Origin: an uncultured Acidobacteriota bacterium
GTDB lineage: Bacteria; Acidobacteriota; Thermoanaerobaculia; Multivoradales; UBA5704
Direction of reading: 5' to 3'
DNA length: 64,000 bases
Assembly (NCBI GenBank): GCA_963770895.1
Contig: CAVYRF010000002.1
Location: 5,120,001 to 5,184,000 of the forward strand
The position numbers and the translations under genes were made by a program. The notes under the pieces are model-generated. The model saw only the letters and a program-made list of their open reading frames with translations, was not told the DNA's origin and did no database searches. Numbering within the stretch: position 1 is the first letter of the stretch; each line of letters opens with the position of its first letter. Positions 35,429-44,065 of the stretch are shown in pieces.

Positions 35429-35538
35429 ATACCTCGTTCCAAGGTACGGACCCGCGTCATCTGGGAGCCGGGGGAAGCCGGACCGGCGCCGCCGCACAGC
35501 ACCGCGCCACCGCAACCCCTGGGGGCCTGACAAGAATC

Positions 35539-35547
35539 AGACTACCA
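35539..35547 (-). promoter_or_regulatory. Putative extended -10 element for smc
   Basis: TGGTAGTCT on the minus strand about 110 nt upstream of the smc ATG. Confidence 0.35.
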
Positions 35548-35616
35548 GATTTGGTGCACAGGGGACAGACGGCAACAAGGCGGTGGAGCGCCGGCGCCGG
35601 TGGCCAGCCGGAAAGA

Positions 35617-35632
35617 CGTTTCCGCGGAAACG
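35617..35632. repeat. 16-bp perfect palindrome CGTTTCCGCGGAAACG (intergenic copy)
   Basis: Read directly; second copy inside the HNH gene. Confidence 0.9.
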
Positions 35633-35908
35633 CGACGGCGCCGGCAACCCCGGACAAACCGCCCGCTCCAGCCAATCAGCCGCGGTGGCCAAGCTCACAA
35701 TACGGCGCTCCTGAAGCGATGCTGCGGCGTCGTCGTTCCCCTTCCGCCCGCCCGCCGCCGTGAATGAGAGTCAGCGTGGGATCAATCCTCGCGCCCCTTC
35801 CTTCCCCGGACCGGGGAGCCGCGCCTGCGGGCTGCTGCTGGTCCAGCCCCTTGCCGGTGCTGCGCTCCCCGGCTGGGAGTCGCGCTGGGCAGGTGGCTGC
35901 CGGGTCTG

Positions 35909-37459
35909 TCAGCTGGAGATGGACACTTGGGACCTCGCGTCGAGGAAGAGCAGCCAGTCGATGGCCCAGGCGTAGTCGACCGGGTAGCCCCACCAGTCGG
36001 GCAACGTCGCACTGGCATCTACGGCCACGTCGTGGCGCGCGAGGTGTGCGGTCAGGGCCGCCACAGGCTCGTCTGTTGTCTCTGGCAGCGCCGGCGCCTG
36101 CGGGAGGAGCCTGCTGTCGGGGCGATCGAAGCGCGCTGTGCCGTCGGGCGCCAAGCGCAGCGAAAATCCCTCTTCGTGCACCGCGCGATGGTGGCGGCGG
36201 CAGAGCAGCACGGTGTTGGCGAGGCTGGTGGCGCCGCCATCGGCCCAGGCCTGCACGTGGTGGGCGTCGCACACCCGCCGACCGCAGCCCGGAAAGCGAC
36301 AGCCGCCGTCGCGATTCTGCAGGGCGCGGCGCAGGGCGGGGGAGATGGCGCGGGTGCGGCGTCCGACGTCCAGCACGGTGCCATCTGCGGCATGCCGCAT
36401 CACCACCCGCGCCGAGTCGCAGGCCAGCCGCCGGCACGTTTCCGCGGAAACGTGGGTGCCGTCCGCCAGCCAGGACTCACCGGCGCCGCCGGCCGGCAGC
36501 GCGTCTGCATCGACGTGCACCACCACCTGGTAGCGGTCGCCGCGGCTGCCGGGGTCGAGCCCCGCGGCCAGGGCGCTTTCGGCGATCAGGCCCAGGGCAT
36601 CGGCGCGGCGCTGCTCCAGGGAAGTATCGTCCGTCGCCTCTCCGGCGCCGCACACCTGGCCGGTATGTGGGCCGTGGAGCGCCGCGCCGCTGGCCTGCTC
36701 GCCAGTGGACGCTGGGCTGGTGCGGAGCTGGTGGGGTGCCTCGGCACCGGCGCGCGCGGTGCCGGCCGGCGGGCTGGTGCGTGGAGTGTGGAGCGTCTCG
36801 GCGTCGGCCCGCGCGGCGCCGGAGGGCAGAATGGTGCGTGGCCCGTAGAGCTTTTCGACGCCGGCGTCCAGGGCGCGGAGCAGCGCCGCTCCTGCTTCCG
36901 GCGGCAGGCGTCCCGCCACCACCACCATGCCGTCTTCGTCGGTGTAGGCGCGCAGGTAGCGCCCGGCATGGCGGCGGCGCTCGTCTTCGCCTGCGGCCAG
37001 GCGGTCGACGCGCCGCATGCCGCGAACCAGCCGTTCGACGTGAGCGGCGGTTCCCGCGCGCCCGAAGGTCAACAGGTAGTCTTCGTTGGAAGGCGTGGCG
37101 ATGCGGGTCAGGGCGCGCACCTTGGAGTAGGAAAGCTCACCGCGGCGCATCGCCGCCGCCAGCTGTGGCAGGGCACCCAGCGCGCGCGCCACGCGCAGTT
37201 TTTCGCGCGCCGCTCCGACGTCGAGCCCGACGCGCCAGCACAGCCAGTGGGCGCAGGATAGAAAGCCGGTGTTCCAGCCGCCCTGCTCGTCGAATTCGCG
37301 CAGCATGACCAGGAGCTCATAGGTGGCGGCCGAGATCTGCGCCGACAGATGGGCGATGCGCTCGCCGAGCTGCTCGAGCCGTGCACGTTGTTGCGCACCC
37401 GCCACCGGCCGGTCGAGCGCTATCGAAACCATTTGATCTTCTTCACTGACGGCGGTCAT
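35909..37459 (-). CDS. DUF222 (13E12-repeat family) HNH endonuclease
   Basis: SCAHWL, GELSYSKVRALTR, RRLACD, RRALQNRDGGCRFPGC...DAHHV..WADGGATSLANTVLLCRRHH. Confidence 0.9.
   Translation of the reverse strand: MTAVSEEDQMVSIALDRPVAGAQQRARLEQLGERIAHLSAQISAATYELLVMLREFDEQGGWNTGFLSCAHWLCWRVGLDVGAAREKLRVARALGALPQLAAAMRRGELSYSKVRALTRIATPSNEDYLLTFGRAGTAAHVERLVRGMRRVDRLAAGEDERRRHAGRYLRAYTDEDGMVVVAGRLPPEAGAALLRALDAGVEKLYGPRTILPSGAARADAETLHTPRTSPPAGTARAGAEAPHQLRTSPASTGEQASGAALHGPHTGQVCGAGEATDDTSLEQRRADALGLIAESALAAGLDPGSRGDRYQVVVHVDADALPAGGAGESWLADGTHVSAETCRRLACDSARVVMRHAADGTVLDVGRRTRAISPALRRALQNRDGGCRFPGCGRRVCDAHHVQAWADGGATSLANTVLLCRRHHRAVHEEGFSLRLAPDGTARFDRPDSRLLPQAPALPETTDEPVAALTAHLARHDVAVDASATLPDWWGYPVDYAWAIDWLLFLDARSQVSISS
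36435..36454. repeat. 20-bp perfect palindrome CACGTTTCCGCGGAAACGTG within HNH CDS
   Basis: Read directly; encodes HVSAET. Confidence 0.9.
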
Positions 37460-38017
37460 TGTTCTCTCCCTCTGCCTCGCCAGCGATTGTAAACCCGTGT
37501 TTTTTCAGGTCGCAGGAGGCCGCGGACGGGCCGATCCGAGGCCGTCGAAGGGATGCGGGAGGCCGGCCGCCAGAAACCGTCTTTGCTTACCATTTGCGCG
37601 CCAATCGATGCCATTCCAGCGCGGACTTGAGAAAACGGGCGCAAGGTCTCGAAAAAGCTTGTCAAGGGGGAGCGGACCGAAAAACAGAAGATTCCTCCGC
37701 TGGTGATGACCAGGGACGGGAGCGCCACCGTATGTGCGCTGGCGCTGCCGGCGGAGTTCGAGAAGGTGGAGGCGATTTGGAAGCGGCTGTCTCCCGGCTA
37801 GACGTCGATGCGGAGGATGGTCGCGTTGGGGATGCAGCCGGTGGCGATGAAGATGGACGCGGACGCGTCGAGGCCACGTGCGATCGCGAGGTGGAGGCGT
37901 CCGCCGTCATCGCCACAGCGCGTGGGGGGCCAAGGGGGCCCCGACGATTTGGCTACGCTGTAGCCTGTACGCGCGAGGTGCGCCGGGGTGCGGAGTGGGA
38001 GAGTCTTGTGGCGCTGG

Positions 38018-38662
38018 TCAGGTGCGGGAGCGGCCCGGCGTGGTCGCTGGATCGCTGGGGGCGGCGAAGGCTGCGGATAGTTGCGGCAGGTAGAAGGCGC
38101 ACCAGAGGAGCAGCGGCAGGGCCAGCTTGAGGGGCAGGTCCAGGAGGTGCCTGCCGAGGGCGTAGAAGTTGCGCGCGAAGGGGCCGTAGTTGGCGGCGCT
38201 CCAGGCGCCGAGGTGGGTGGCGTAGGTGGCCTTGACGATGAAGATGACCAGCACGATGTCGTAGGCGACGGTGGCCATGACCGCGATGCCCAGGTTGGTC
38301 AGCTTTTGCTGCCAGGGGACGCCCGGCACGGCCAGGAACAGGGCGCCGAGCAGCATGAGGTGGAAGTGCACGTCGGTGGCGTGGAAGGGGTAGACCAGGG
38401 CGCGCGCCGGCGGGAAGTCGCGCCGGACGACGTAGGCGTCGTCGTTGCCCTTGGGCAGCAGGTCGGTCACCGGCGGGCGCTCGAACAGGCGCAGGATGGA
38501 TCCGGCGCTGCGCAGCAACACGCGGTTGTAGATCGGCGTCGCCAGCACCCAGGCGAGCGCCACCGGCAGCAGCCACAGCAGGGTGTTGCGGATCAGCCGG
38601 CTGGCCCAGGCCCGCGCCGGCGCGGCGGCGGGGCGGGCGCCGGCGTCAGAGGACCGGCTCAT
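38018..38662 (-). CDS. Exosortase H-associated membrane protein
   Basis: 4-TM protein overlapping the 3' end of the exosortase gene. Confidence 0.65.
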   Translation of the reverse strand: MSRSSDAGARPAAAPARAWASRLIRNTLLWLLPVALAWVLATPIYNRVLLRSAGSILRLFERPPVTDLLPKGNDDAYVVRRDFPPARALVYPFHATDVHFHLMLLGALFLAVPGVPWQQKLTNLGIAVMATVAYDIVLVIFIVKATYATHLGAWSAANYGPFARNFYALGRHLLDLPLKLALPLLLWCAFYLPQLSAAFAAPSDPATTPGRSRT

Positions 38663-39275
38663 CCTGCGCCGGGGCCGGCAGGCGGTTGGCCCATACGACC
38701 CATAACAGCACGCCGCACAGGATCACGACGCTCTGCCAGATCACCGTATGGAAGGACGCGAAGACGCTGGGGTAGTAGACGCCGATCAGGTAGAGGCTGA
38801 CCACCCGCACCAGGTTGACCACCTGGATCGCCGCGATGCCGAGCGCCAGGCCCCCCAGCCGCCAGCGCCAGGGCGCCGGAAAGGCGAGCACCGCCGCCAG
38901 GAAGATGAGCATCGCTTCGACGCCGTTGCAGCCGTTGCGGATGTTGACCGCGAAGCGCCCCTGGATGATGGTGCCGTGCATGGTGACGCGCTGGCCCATC
39001 AGGTTGAGCACGGCGCCGCTCAGCTGCGCCACGCCGCCGGTGAACGGTTCGACCACGTGATCGTTCACCCAGTTGACCGAGATCAGCGTGAAGCCGCCGG
39101 CGAGCAGCACCACGAACAGGACCAGAAAGGTGATCTCTCGCCGGTAGCGCGGCCAGAACGGCTGCTCGGGCGGTGACTGCGTGCCCGCCCCGCCGCCGCT
39201 GGGCCGCGCGGACGAAGCGCCGGCCGCGCCGCCGCCCGACCGCGGAGAATGAGGCTTGCTGCGGTTGCGTGCCAT
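38646..39275 (-). CDS. xrtH: Exosortase H family protein
   Basis: NGCNGVEA catalytic Cys, NLVRVVSL Arg, FHTVIWQ His; short 209-aa form. Confidence 0.8.
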   Translation of the reverse strand: MARNRSKPHSPRSGGGAAGASSARPSGGGAGTQSPPEQPFWPRYRREITFLVLFVVLLAGGFTLISVNWVNDHVVEPFTGGVAQLSGAVLNLMGQRVTMHGTIIQGRFAVNIRNGCNGVEAMLIFLAAVLAFPAPWRWRLGGLALGIAAIQVVNLVRVVSLYLIGVYYPSVFASFHTVIWQSVVILCGVLLWVVWANRLPAPAQDEPVL

Positions 39276-39284
39276 AGGATGGCC

Positions 39285-41027
39285 TCATCTTACGGACCGC
39301 GGCGCGGCCTGTCCAGCCGCAGGGGCCGCTTGCGTCGCGGCTGTCGCGGCTGCCGCCGGCGTGGCGGTCGGCGGGGGTGCGGTCGCGGTCGGAGGCGCAG
39401 TCGGCGCAGGTGCGGTCGCGGTCGGCGGCGAAGTCGGCGCGGTCGCGGTCGGAGGCGAAGTCGGCGCAGGCGCGGTCACGGTCGGCGGCGAAGTCGGCGC
39501 AGGCGCGGTCACGGCCGGCGGCGCAGTCGGCGCGGTCGCGGTCACGGTCGGCGGCGAAGTCGGCGCGGTAGCGGTCGGAGGCGCAGTCGGCGCAGGCGCG
39601 GGCTTCTTCGCGGGCGCGTGCGCGGGCTCCTTCGCAGGCGCGGTCGCCGTTGGCGCGGCGGCGGACTCTTCCCCGATCAGCTGGTCGTAGGCGGCGCCCA
39701 GCGCGGCGGTGAAGGCGGCGGCGGAAAAGCGCTGCTCGAAGGTGGCGCGGGCGCGGGCGCCCAGCTGCCGGCGGAGCGCGGGGTCGGCGAGCAGCCGGCC
39801 GAGGGCGCCGGCGAGCGCGGCGACGTCGCCGGGCGGGACGAGCAGCGCGTTGTCGCCGTCGGTCAGGTCTTCGGGCAGGCCGTCGCAGCGCGACGAGACG
39901 ATCGCGCAGCCGGCCTGCAGCGCTTCCAGCACCGCGAGCGAGCCGCTGCCTTCCTGAATCGAAGGCAGCACGAAGATCGCCGCGTGCCGCAGGAAAGGGC
40001 GGGGATCGTCGACCCTTCCGGGCAGGGCGACGCGATCGCCCAGGCCCAGCCGCTGCGCCAGCGCCCGGTGCGCCGCGAGCAGCGGCCCCTGGCTCAACAG
40101 GCAGGCGCGGCAGGCGATGCCGCGATCGCGCAGGGCGGCGAGCGCGTGCAGCAGGACGTCGACTCCCTTGCGCGGGTCGTGGCGCGACAGCGAGACGACC
40201 AGCGGCGGCGCGGCCGGCGATGCGAGCGCCGCAAGGTCGGGCGGCAAGTCCGACAGGACAGCCGCCTGAGGCGCCGGCGCCGGTGGGGCGGCGAGCGGTC
40301 CGGCGTCGACGCCGGTCGGCCCCGGTGCCGTCTGCGGCTCCGTCTCCGGCTCCGCCAGGCGGCCCCCCGGCGCGTCGTCGAAGGCGGCCGGGGCCGCGTA
40401 GGGAATCTGGCGGATATCGACGGTCAACCGGTAGTCGGCGAGCAGGCGATCGCGCACCGACTGGTAATTGATCAGCACCAGGCGCTGCGCCTGGTAGCCG
40501 CGGCGTTCGCAAGGCGCGCCCAGCAGCAGCACCATGCCGTACTCGCGCCAGTGGCGCAGGCGCTGGCGCAGGCCGTGGTAGCCCTGCAGGCCGGTCAGCT
40601 TTTCGCGGTACTCGTGCTGCAACGTGGTGTACGCGCTCGCCACCGAGACGGCGCGGCGTCCCCGCCGGGCCAGCGATCGCGCGACGCCCGCGGCCACGTA
40701 GCCCCACACGCCGAAGCCGTGCAGCAGCACCGGCCCCGGACGGTCGCCCAGATGGCGCCGGATCGCGGCGGCGACAAAGGGGCGGTGGGCGCCGACCATG
40801 AAGCCGCGGAACGGCCGCACCGGCGACGCGACCCGATGCACGGTGGCGAAGTCGGTCTGCCACCGGGCGGCGTGGTCGCCGGCGCAGAAGACGTGCGGCG
40901 CAAATCCCGCCGCGCTCGCCGCCATGGCGTGGGCCAGGACGTAGCTTTCGTGGCCGCCGACCTTGGCAAAGGGGTCGATGCCGGACACCAGGACCAGCTG
41001 CACCGCCTTACGCACGGCCGGGCTCAA
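39285..41027 (-). CDS. Glycosyltransferase family 4 with Thr/Pro/Ala repeat tail
   Basis: SRHDPRKG, FVLPSIQEGSGSLAVLEA (Ex7-8E-like), NALLVPPGD; TTG start overlaps upstream TGA. Confidence 0.85.
   Translation of the reverse strand: MSPAVRKAVQLVLVSGIDPFAKVGGHESYVLAHAMAASAAGFAPHVFCAGDHAARWQTDFATVHRVASPVRPFRGFMVGAHRPFVAAAIRRHLGDRPGPVLLHGFGVWGYVAAGVARSLARRGRRAVSVASAYTTLQHEYREKLTGLQGYHGLRQRLRHWREYGMVLLLGAPCERRGYQAQRLVLINYQSVRDRLLADYRLTVDIRQIPYAAPAAFDDAPGGRLAEPETEPQTAPGPTGVDAGPLAAPPAPAPQAAVLSDLPPDLAALASPAAPPLVVSLSRHDPRKGVDVLLHALAALRDRGIACRACLLSQGPLLAAHRALAQRLGLGDRVALPGRVDDPRPFLRHAAIFVLPSIQEGSGSLAVLEALQAGCAIVSSRCDGLPEDLTDGDNALLVPPGDVAALAGALGRLLADPALRRQLGARARATFEQRFSAAAFTAALGAAYDQLIGEESAAAPTATAPAKEPAHAPAKKPAPAPTAPPTATAPTSPPTVTATAPTAPPAVTAPAPTSPPTVTAPAPTSPPTATAPTSPPTATAPAPTAPPTATAPPPTATPAAAATAATQAAPAAGQAAPRSVR
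39370..39600. repeat. Tandem 27-33 bp repeats encoding T(S/A)PPT(A/V)TAP(AP)
   Basis: About seven copies of cggtcgcggtcgg(a/c)ggcg(a/c)agtcggcg. Confidence 0.85.
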
Positions 41028-42043
41028 CGGGCGTCCGCGCCCACGTTCACGGCGGCGGTCGCCGCCGTCCCCGCCGCGTCCGCCGCTCCCGCCGCGCCCG
41101 CCGGTCTGTCGCGGCGGCGTAGCAGCGCCCGGCGCAGCGACCGGCGCAAGGGAAACGCCCACAGCTCCTGCGGCACGATCGGCTGGCGGGCCGTGGTCAG
41201 GCGCCCGCCCAGCCGTTGCCGCAGCGCCGCCGGGGTGCCGGTGCCAAAGCGGCGTGCCAGCTCGCGCCCAGTGACGTACTGCCGGTCCAGGTAGAGGTAG
41301 TCCGCCGCGGCGTCGGCGGCGAACCACAGCCAGTTGGCCGCCAGGTAGCTGGACGCGGTGAAGCCGACGTTGGGATCCAGGTAGGTGAGCACCAGCGCCG
41401 CCTGCGGAAAGCGCTGCCGCAGCAGCGGCAGCGCGCGGCTCCAGCAGAACGAGAAGGCGTTGCGCGGCGCCCAGCGAAAGGTGTACACGCGCGACAGCAA
41501 CAGCACGTTGTCGGGCGCCACCCCCGCCGGCAGCGCGTCGCCGTGACCGGCCAGGTCGAAGCGCGACGCCAGCAGCAGCGTCGCCGGCGGCATCCCCTGC
41601 GGCGTCCCCGCGAAGTAGAGCCCCAGCGCCGCGCCGTCGCGCGGCGTGCCGACGTAGTGGAACCGCTCGCAGACCGCGCGCGTCACGTCGGCGGGCACGT
41701 CGCGGACGCTGCTGCCGGCCGCGCCGTCGCCGCGCCCCTCATGCCAGTGGAGAAATCCCTGCTGGTCGCGGCGGATGCGCTCGAGCACTGCCCGTGCTTC
41801 GGCGGCGGCGATGCGCGGGTCGGCCAGCTCGCGGCGCGACAGCCGCGGCATCTGCTGCCGCAACCGCAGGCGCGCCAGAAACGTGTCGTCTCCCGGTTCG
41901 GCAACCAGGTCGAGCGCGCGGTCGGCCGCCAGCGCATAAGGGCTCACCGGGTGCGGCACCTGACCCTCCGCGGGCGGCGCCGGGACCGTCAGCGGCGGCC
42001 CGTCGGACGGTGGCGCTGCCCGGGTGCGGAGCGGGTTGTTCAT
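41024..42043 (-). CDS. Mom-like GNAT-fold protein
   Basis: ERFHYVG ... LSRVY...APRNAFS ... LTYLDPNVGFTASSYLAANW parallels the Mom-family pattern HY...LxR...PxN...SxxD..G...YxAxNF/W. Confidence 0.55.
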   Translation of the reverse strand: MNNPLRTRAAPPSDGPPLTVPAPPAEGQVPHPVSPYALAADRALDLVAEPGDDTFLARLRLRQQMPRLSRRELADPRIAAAEARAVLERIRRDQQGFLHWHEGRGDGAAGSSVRDVPADVTRAVCERFHYVGTPRDGAALGLYFAGTPQGMPPATLLLASRFDLAGHGDALPAGVAPDNVLLLSRVYTFRWAPRNAFSFCWSRALPLLRQRFPQAALVLTYLDPNVGFTASSYLAANWLWFAADAAADYLYLDRQYVTGRELARRFGTGTPAALRQRLGGRLTTARQPIVPQELWAFPLRRSLRRALLRRRDRPAGAAGAADAAGTAATAAVNVGADAR

Positions 42044-42184
42044 GTGATGGGCGCCAGAATATCACCGGGGTACAGAGCGGTGAGGTGGCGACCGTCTCAC
42101 CAAGTTCGTGCTCACGCACTTTCTGTTGCGGAGAGCGGTCTCTCCCCATCCATTGTGTCCGCCGAGACGGACAAGGAGGAATCC

Positions 42185-42370
42185 ATGAGGAAGCACCTGC
42201 ACAAGCTCCAGCTGAACCGCGAAACTCTGCGCGGGCTCGAGGGCACCAACCTGCGCCGCGCCGCCGCCGGCGTCTACGCGAGCCTCGGCACCTGTGGCAC
42301 CCCCTGCACCGAACAGTGCACCAATCCCTGCTCCTGGACCTGCCACTACCCCTGCGGCGAGCAGCCGTAA
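42185..42370 (+). CDS. RiPP precursor peptide (class I lanthipeptide-type leader)
   Basis: AAGGAGG RBS; MRKHLHKLQLNRETLRGLEGTNLRRAAAG-VYASLGTCGTPCTEQCTNPCSWTCHYPCGEQP. Confidence 0.85.
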   Translation: MRKHLHKLQLNRETLRGLEGTNLRRAAAGVYASLGTCGTPCTEQCTNPCSWTCHYPCGEQP

Positions 42371-42519
42371 GAGGGATCCGAGCCGCAGATCTGTCTCGGC
42401 GGAGGTTCGCCGGGCGGCCCGCGGCCGGCGGGCGGTGGGGCAGACGCTCGATCGCCACCCGGCCGCCGGCAGTTGCGGCCCAGGCGCGGGCAGGCCGGCG
42501 CGGCCGGCGCCCAGCCGCG

Positions 42520-42548
42520 TTGACAAGGGGGGGCTCGGGTCATAGCAT
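42520..42548 (+). promoter_or_regulatory. Sigma70 promoter of pyrR-pyrB-pyrC
   Basis: TTGACA-N17-TAGCAT, 20 nt before the pyrR ATG. Confidence 0.75.
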
Positions 42549-42568
42549 GCCGCGGACCCGGAGAGGCG

Positions 42569-43126
42569 ATGGCCCACGACCTGACGCCGAAAGCGACCAT
42601 CCTTGATGCTGAGCAGATGGCGCGCATGATTCGGCGGATGGCTGGCGAAATCAGCGAGCGCAACCGCGGTGTGTCGGACCTGCTGCTGATCGGCATCCGC
42701 ACGCGCGGAGTGCCGCTGGCCGCAGCGATCGCCGCCGAGATCGAGCACATGGAGGGGCTGAAGGTGCCCCTGGGGGTGCTCGACATCACGCTGTATCGCG
42801 ACGACCTGTCGGCGGTGGGGGCGCAGCCGCGGGTGGGAGTCAGCCGGCTGCCGCATAAGATCGACGGGCGCGTCGTGGTGCTGTGCGACGACGTGCTGTT
42901 CACCGGGCGGACGGTGCGGGCGGCGCTCGACCAGCTGCTCGACTACGGGCGGCCGCGCTCGGTGCAGCTGGCGGTGCTGATCGACCGCGGCCACCGCGAG
43001 CTGCCGATCCAGGCCGACGTGGTGGGCAAGGTGGTGCCCACGTCGCGCGACGAGGCGATCGAGGTGTGCTTCGAAGCCACCGACGGCAGCCAGCAGGTAC
43101 GCATCCTGGAGCGCGCGGCGCCGTGA
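42569..43126 (+). CDS. pyrR: Bifunctional pyr operon regulator/uracil phosphoribosyltransferase
   Basis: [28 protein letters not shown]. Confidence 0.96.
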   Translation: MAHDLTPKATILDAEQMARMIRRMAGEISERNRGVSDLLLIGIRTRGVPLAAAIAAEIEHMEGLKVPLGVLDITLYRDDLSAVGAQPRVGVSRLPHKIDGRVVVLCDDVLFTGRTVRAALDQLLDYGRPRSVQLAVLIDRGHRELPIQADVVGKVVPTSRDEAIEVCFEATDGSQQVRILERAAP

Positions 43127-44064
43127 GCGAGGTGCGCTGGACGCGCGAGGACCTGCTGGGAATCGCCGAGCTGTCGCCGGGCGAGATCGAGCTCATCCTG
43201 GATACCGCCGAATCGTTCCGCGAAGTGGGGGAGCGGCCGATCAAGAAGGTGCCGGCGCTGCGCGGCAAGACGGTGGTCAACCTCTTCTTCGAATCCTCGA
43301 CCCGCACGCGCTCCAGCTTCGAGATCGCCGAAAAGCGTCTGTCGGCGGACAACCTCAATTTTTCGGCTTCGGGATCGGCGCTGTCGAAGGGGGAGAGCCT
43401 GGTGGACACGGCGCTCAACCTGCAGGCGATGGCGCCCGACCTCATCGTCATCCGCCACGCCCACGCCGGGGCGCCGCACCTGCTGGCGCGCAAGCTCAAG
43501 GCGGGGGTGATCAACGCCGGCGACGGCGCGCACGAGCACCCGACGCAGGCGCTGCTGGACGCCTATACCATCCGCCGCCACAAGGGGCGGCTGGCCGGCC
43601 TCAAGGTGGCGATCATCGGCGACATCGAGCACAGCCGCGTGGTGCGGTCGAACATCCACCTGCTGACCAAGATGGGGGCGCGGGTGACGGTGGCCGGCCC
43701 GCATACGCTGATGCCGGTGGGGATCGAGCGCATGGGGGTGGCGGCGGCGTTCACCCTGGCGGACGCCATCCGCGACGCCGACGTCATCATGATGCTGCGC
43801 ATCCAGCTGGAGCGGCAGGGGCGGATGGCGTTCCCGTCGGTCAAGGAGTACTTCCAGCTGTTCGGGCTGACCACGGAACGGCTGAAGGGGGCCAGGGAGG
43901 ACGTCATCATCATGCATCCGGGCCCGATGAACCGGGGGGTGGAGATCGCCAGCGAGGTGGCCGACGGCCCCTACTCGGTGATCCTGGAGCAGGTCACCCA
44001 TGGGGTGTCGGTGCGCATGGCGGTGCTCTACCTGCTGTCCGGCGTCCACGAGGAGACCGCCTGA
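43123..44064 (+). CDS. pyrB: Aspartate carbamoyltransferase catalytic subunit
   Basis: [35 protein letters not shown]; GTG 43123. Confidence 0.96.
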   Translation: MSEVRWTREDLLGIAELSPGEIELILDTAESFREVGERPIKKVPALRGKTVVNLFFESSTRTRSSFEIAEKRLSADNLNFSASGSALSKGESLVDTALNLQAMAPDLIVIRHAHAGAPHLLARKLKAGVINAGDGAHEHPTQALLDAYTIRRHKGRLAGLKVAIIGDIEHSRVVRSNIHLLTKMGARVTVAGPHTLMPVGIERMGVAAAFTLADAIRDADVIMMLRIQLERQGRMAFPSVKEYFQLFGLTTERLKGAREDVIIMHPGPMNRGVEIASEVADGPYSVILEQVTHGVSVRMAVLYLLSGVHEETA

Positions 44065-44065
44065 C

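Noticed and set aside
37460-38017. Small ORFs or ncRNA between the HNH gene and the exosortase partner
   Set aside because: Only low-complexity frames and one weak hairpin near 37921-37946; nothing recognisable
39370-39600. Repeat array as CRISPR, or the alternate-frame DRDRACADF peptide as a precursor
   Set aside because: No unique spacers or cas genes; the repeats are in frame in the GT4 tail; the alternate frame has no start or leader
35700-42043. Prophage or insertion sequence around the HNH and Mom-like genes
   Set aside because: No integrase, transposase, structural genes, terminal inverted repeats or att sites seen
42371-42568. PyrR attenuator leader
   Set aside because: The promoter sits about 20 nt from the start, leaving no room, and no binding-loop consensus is visible
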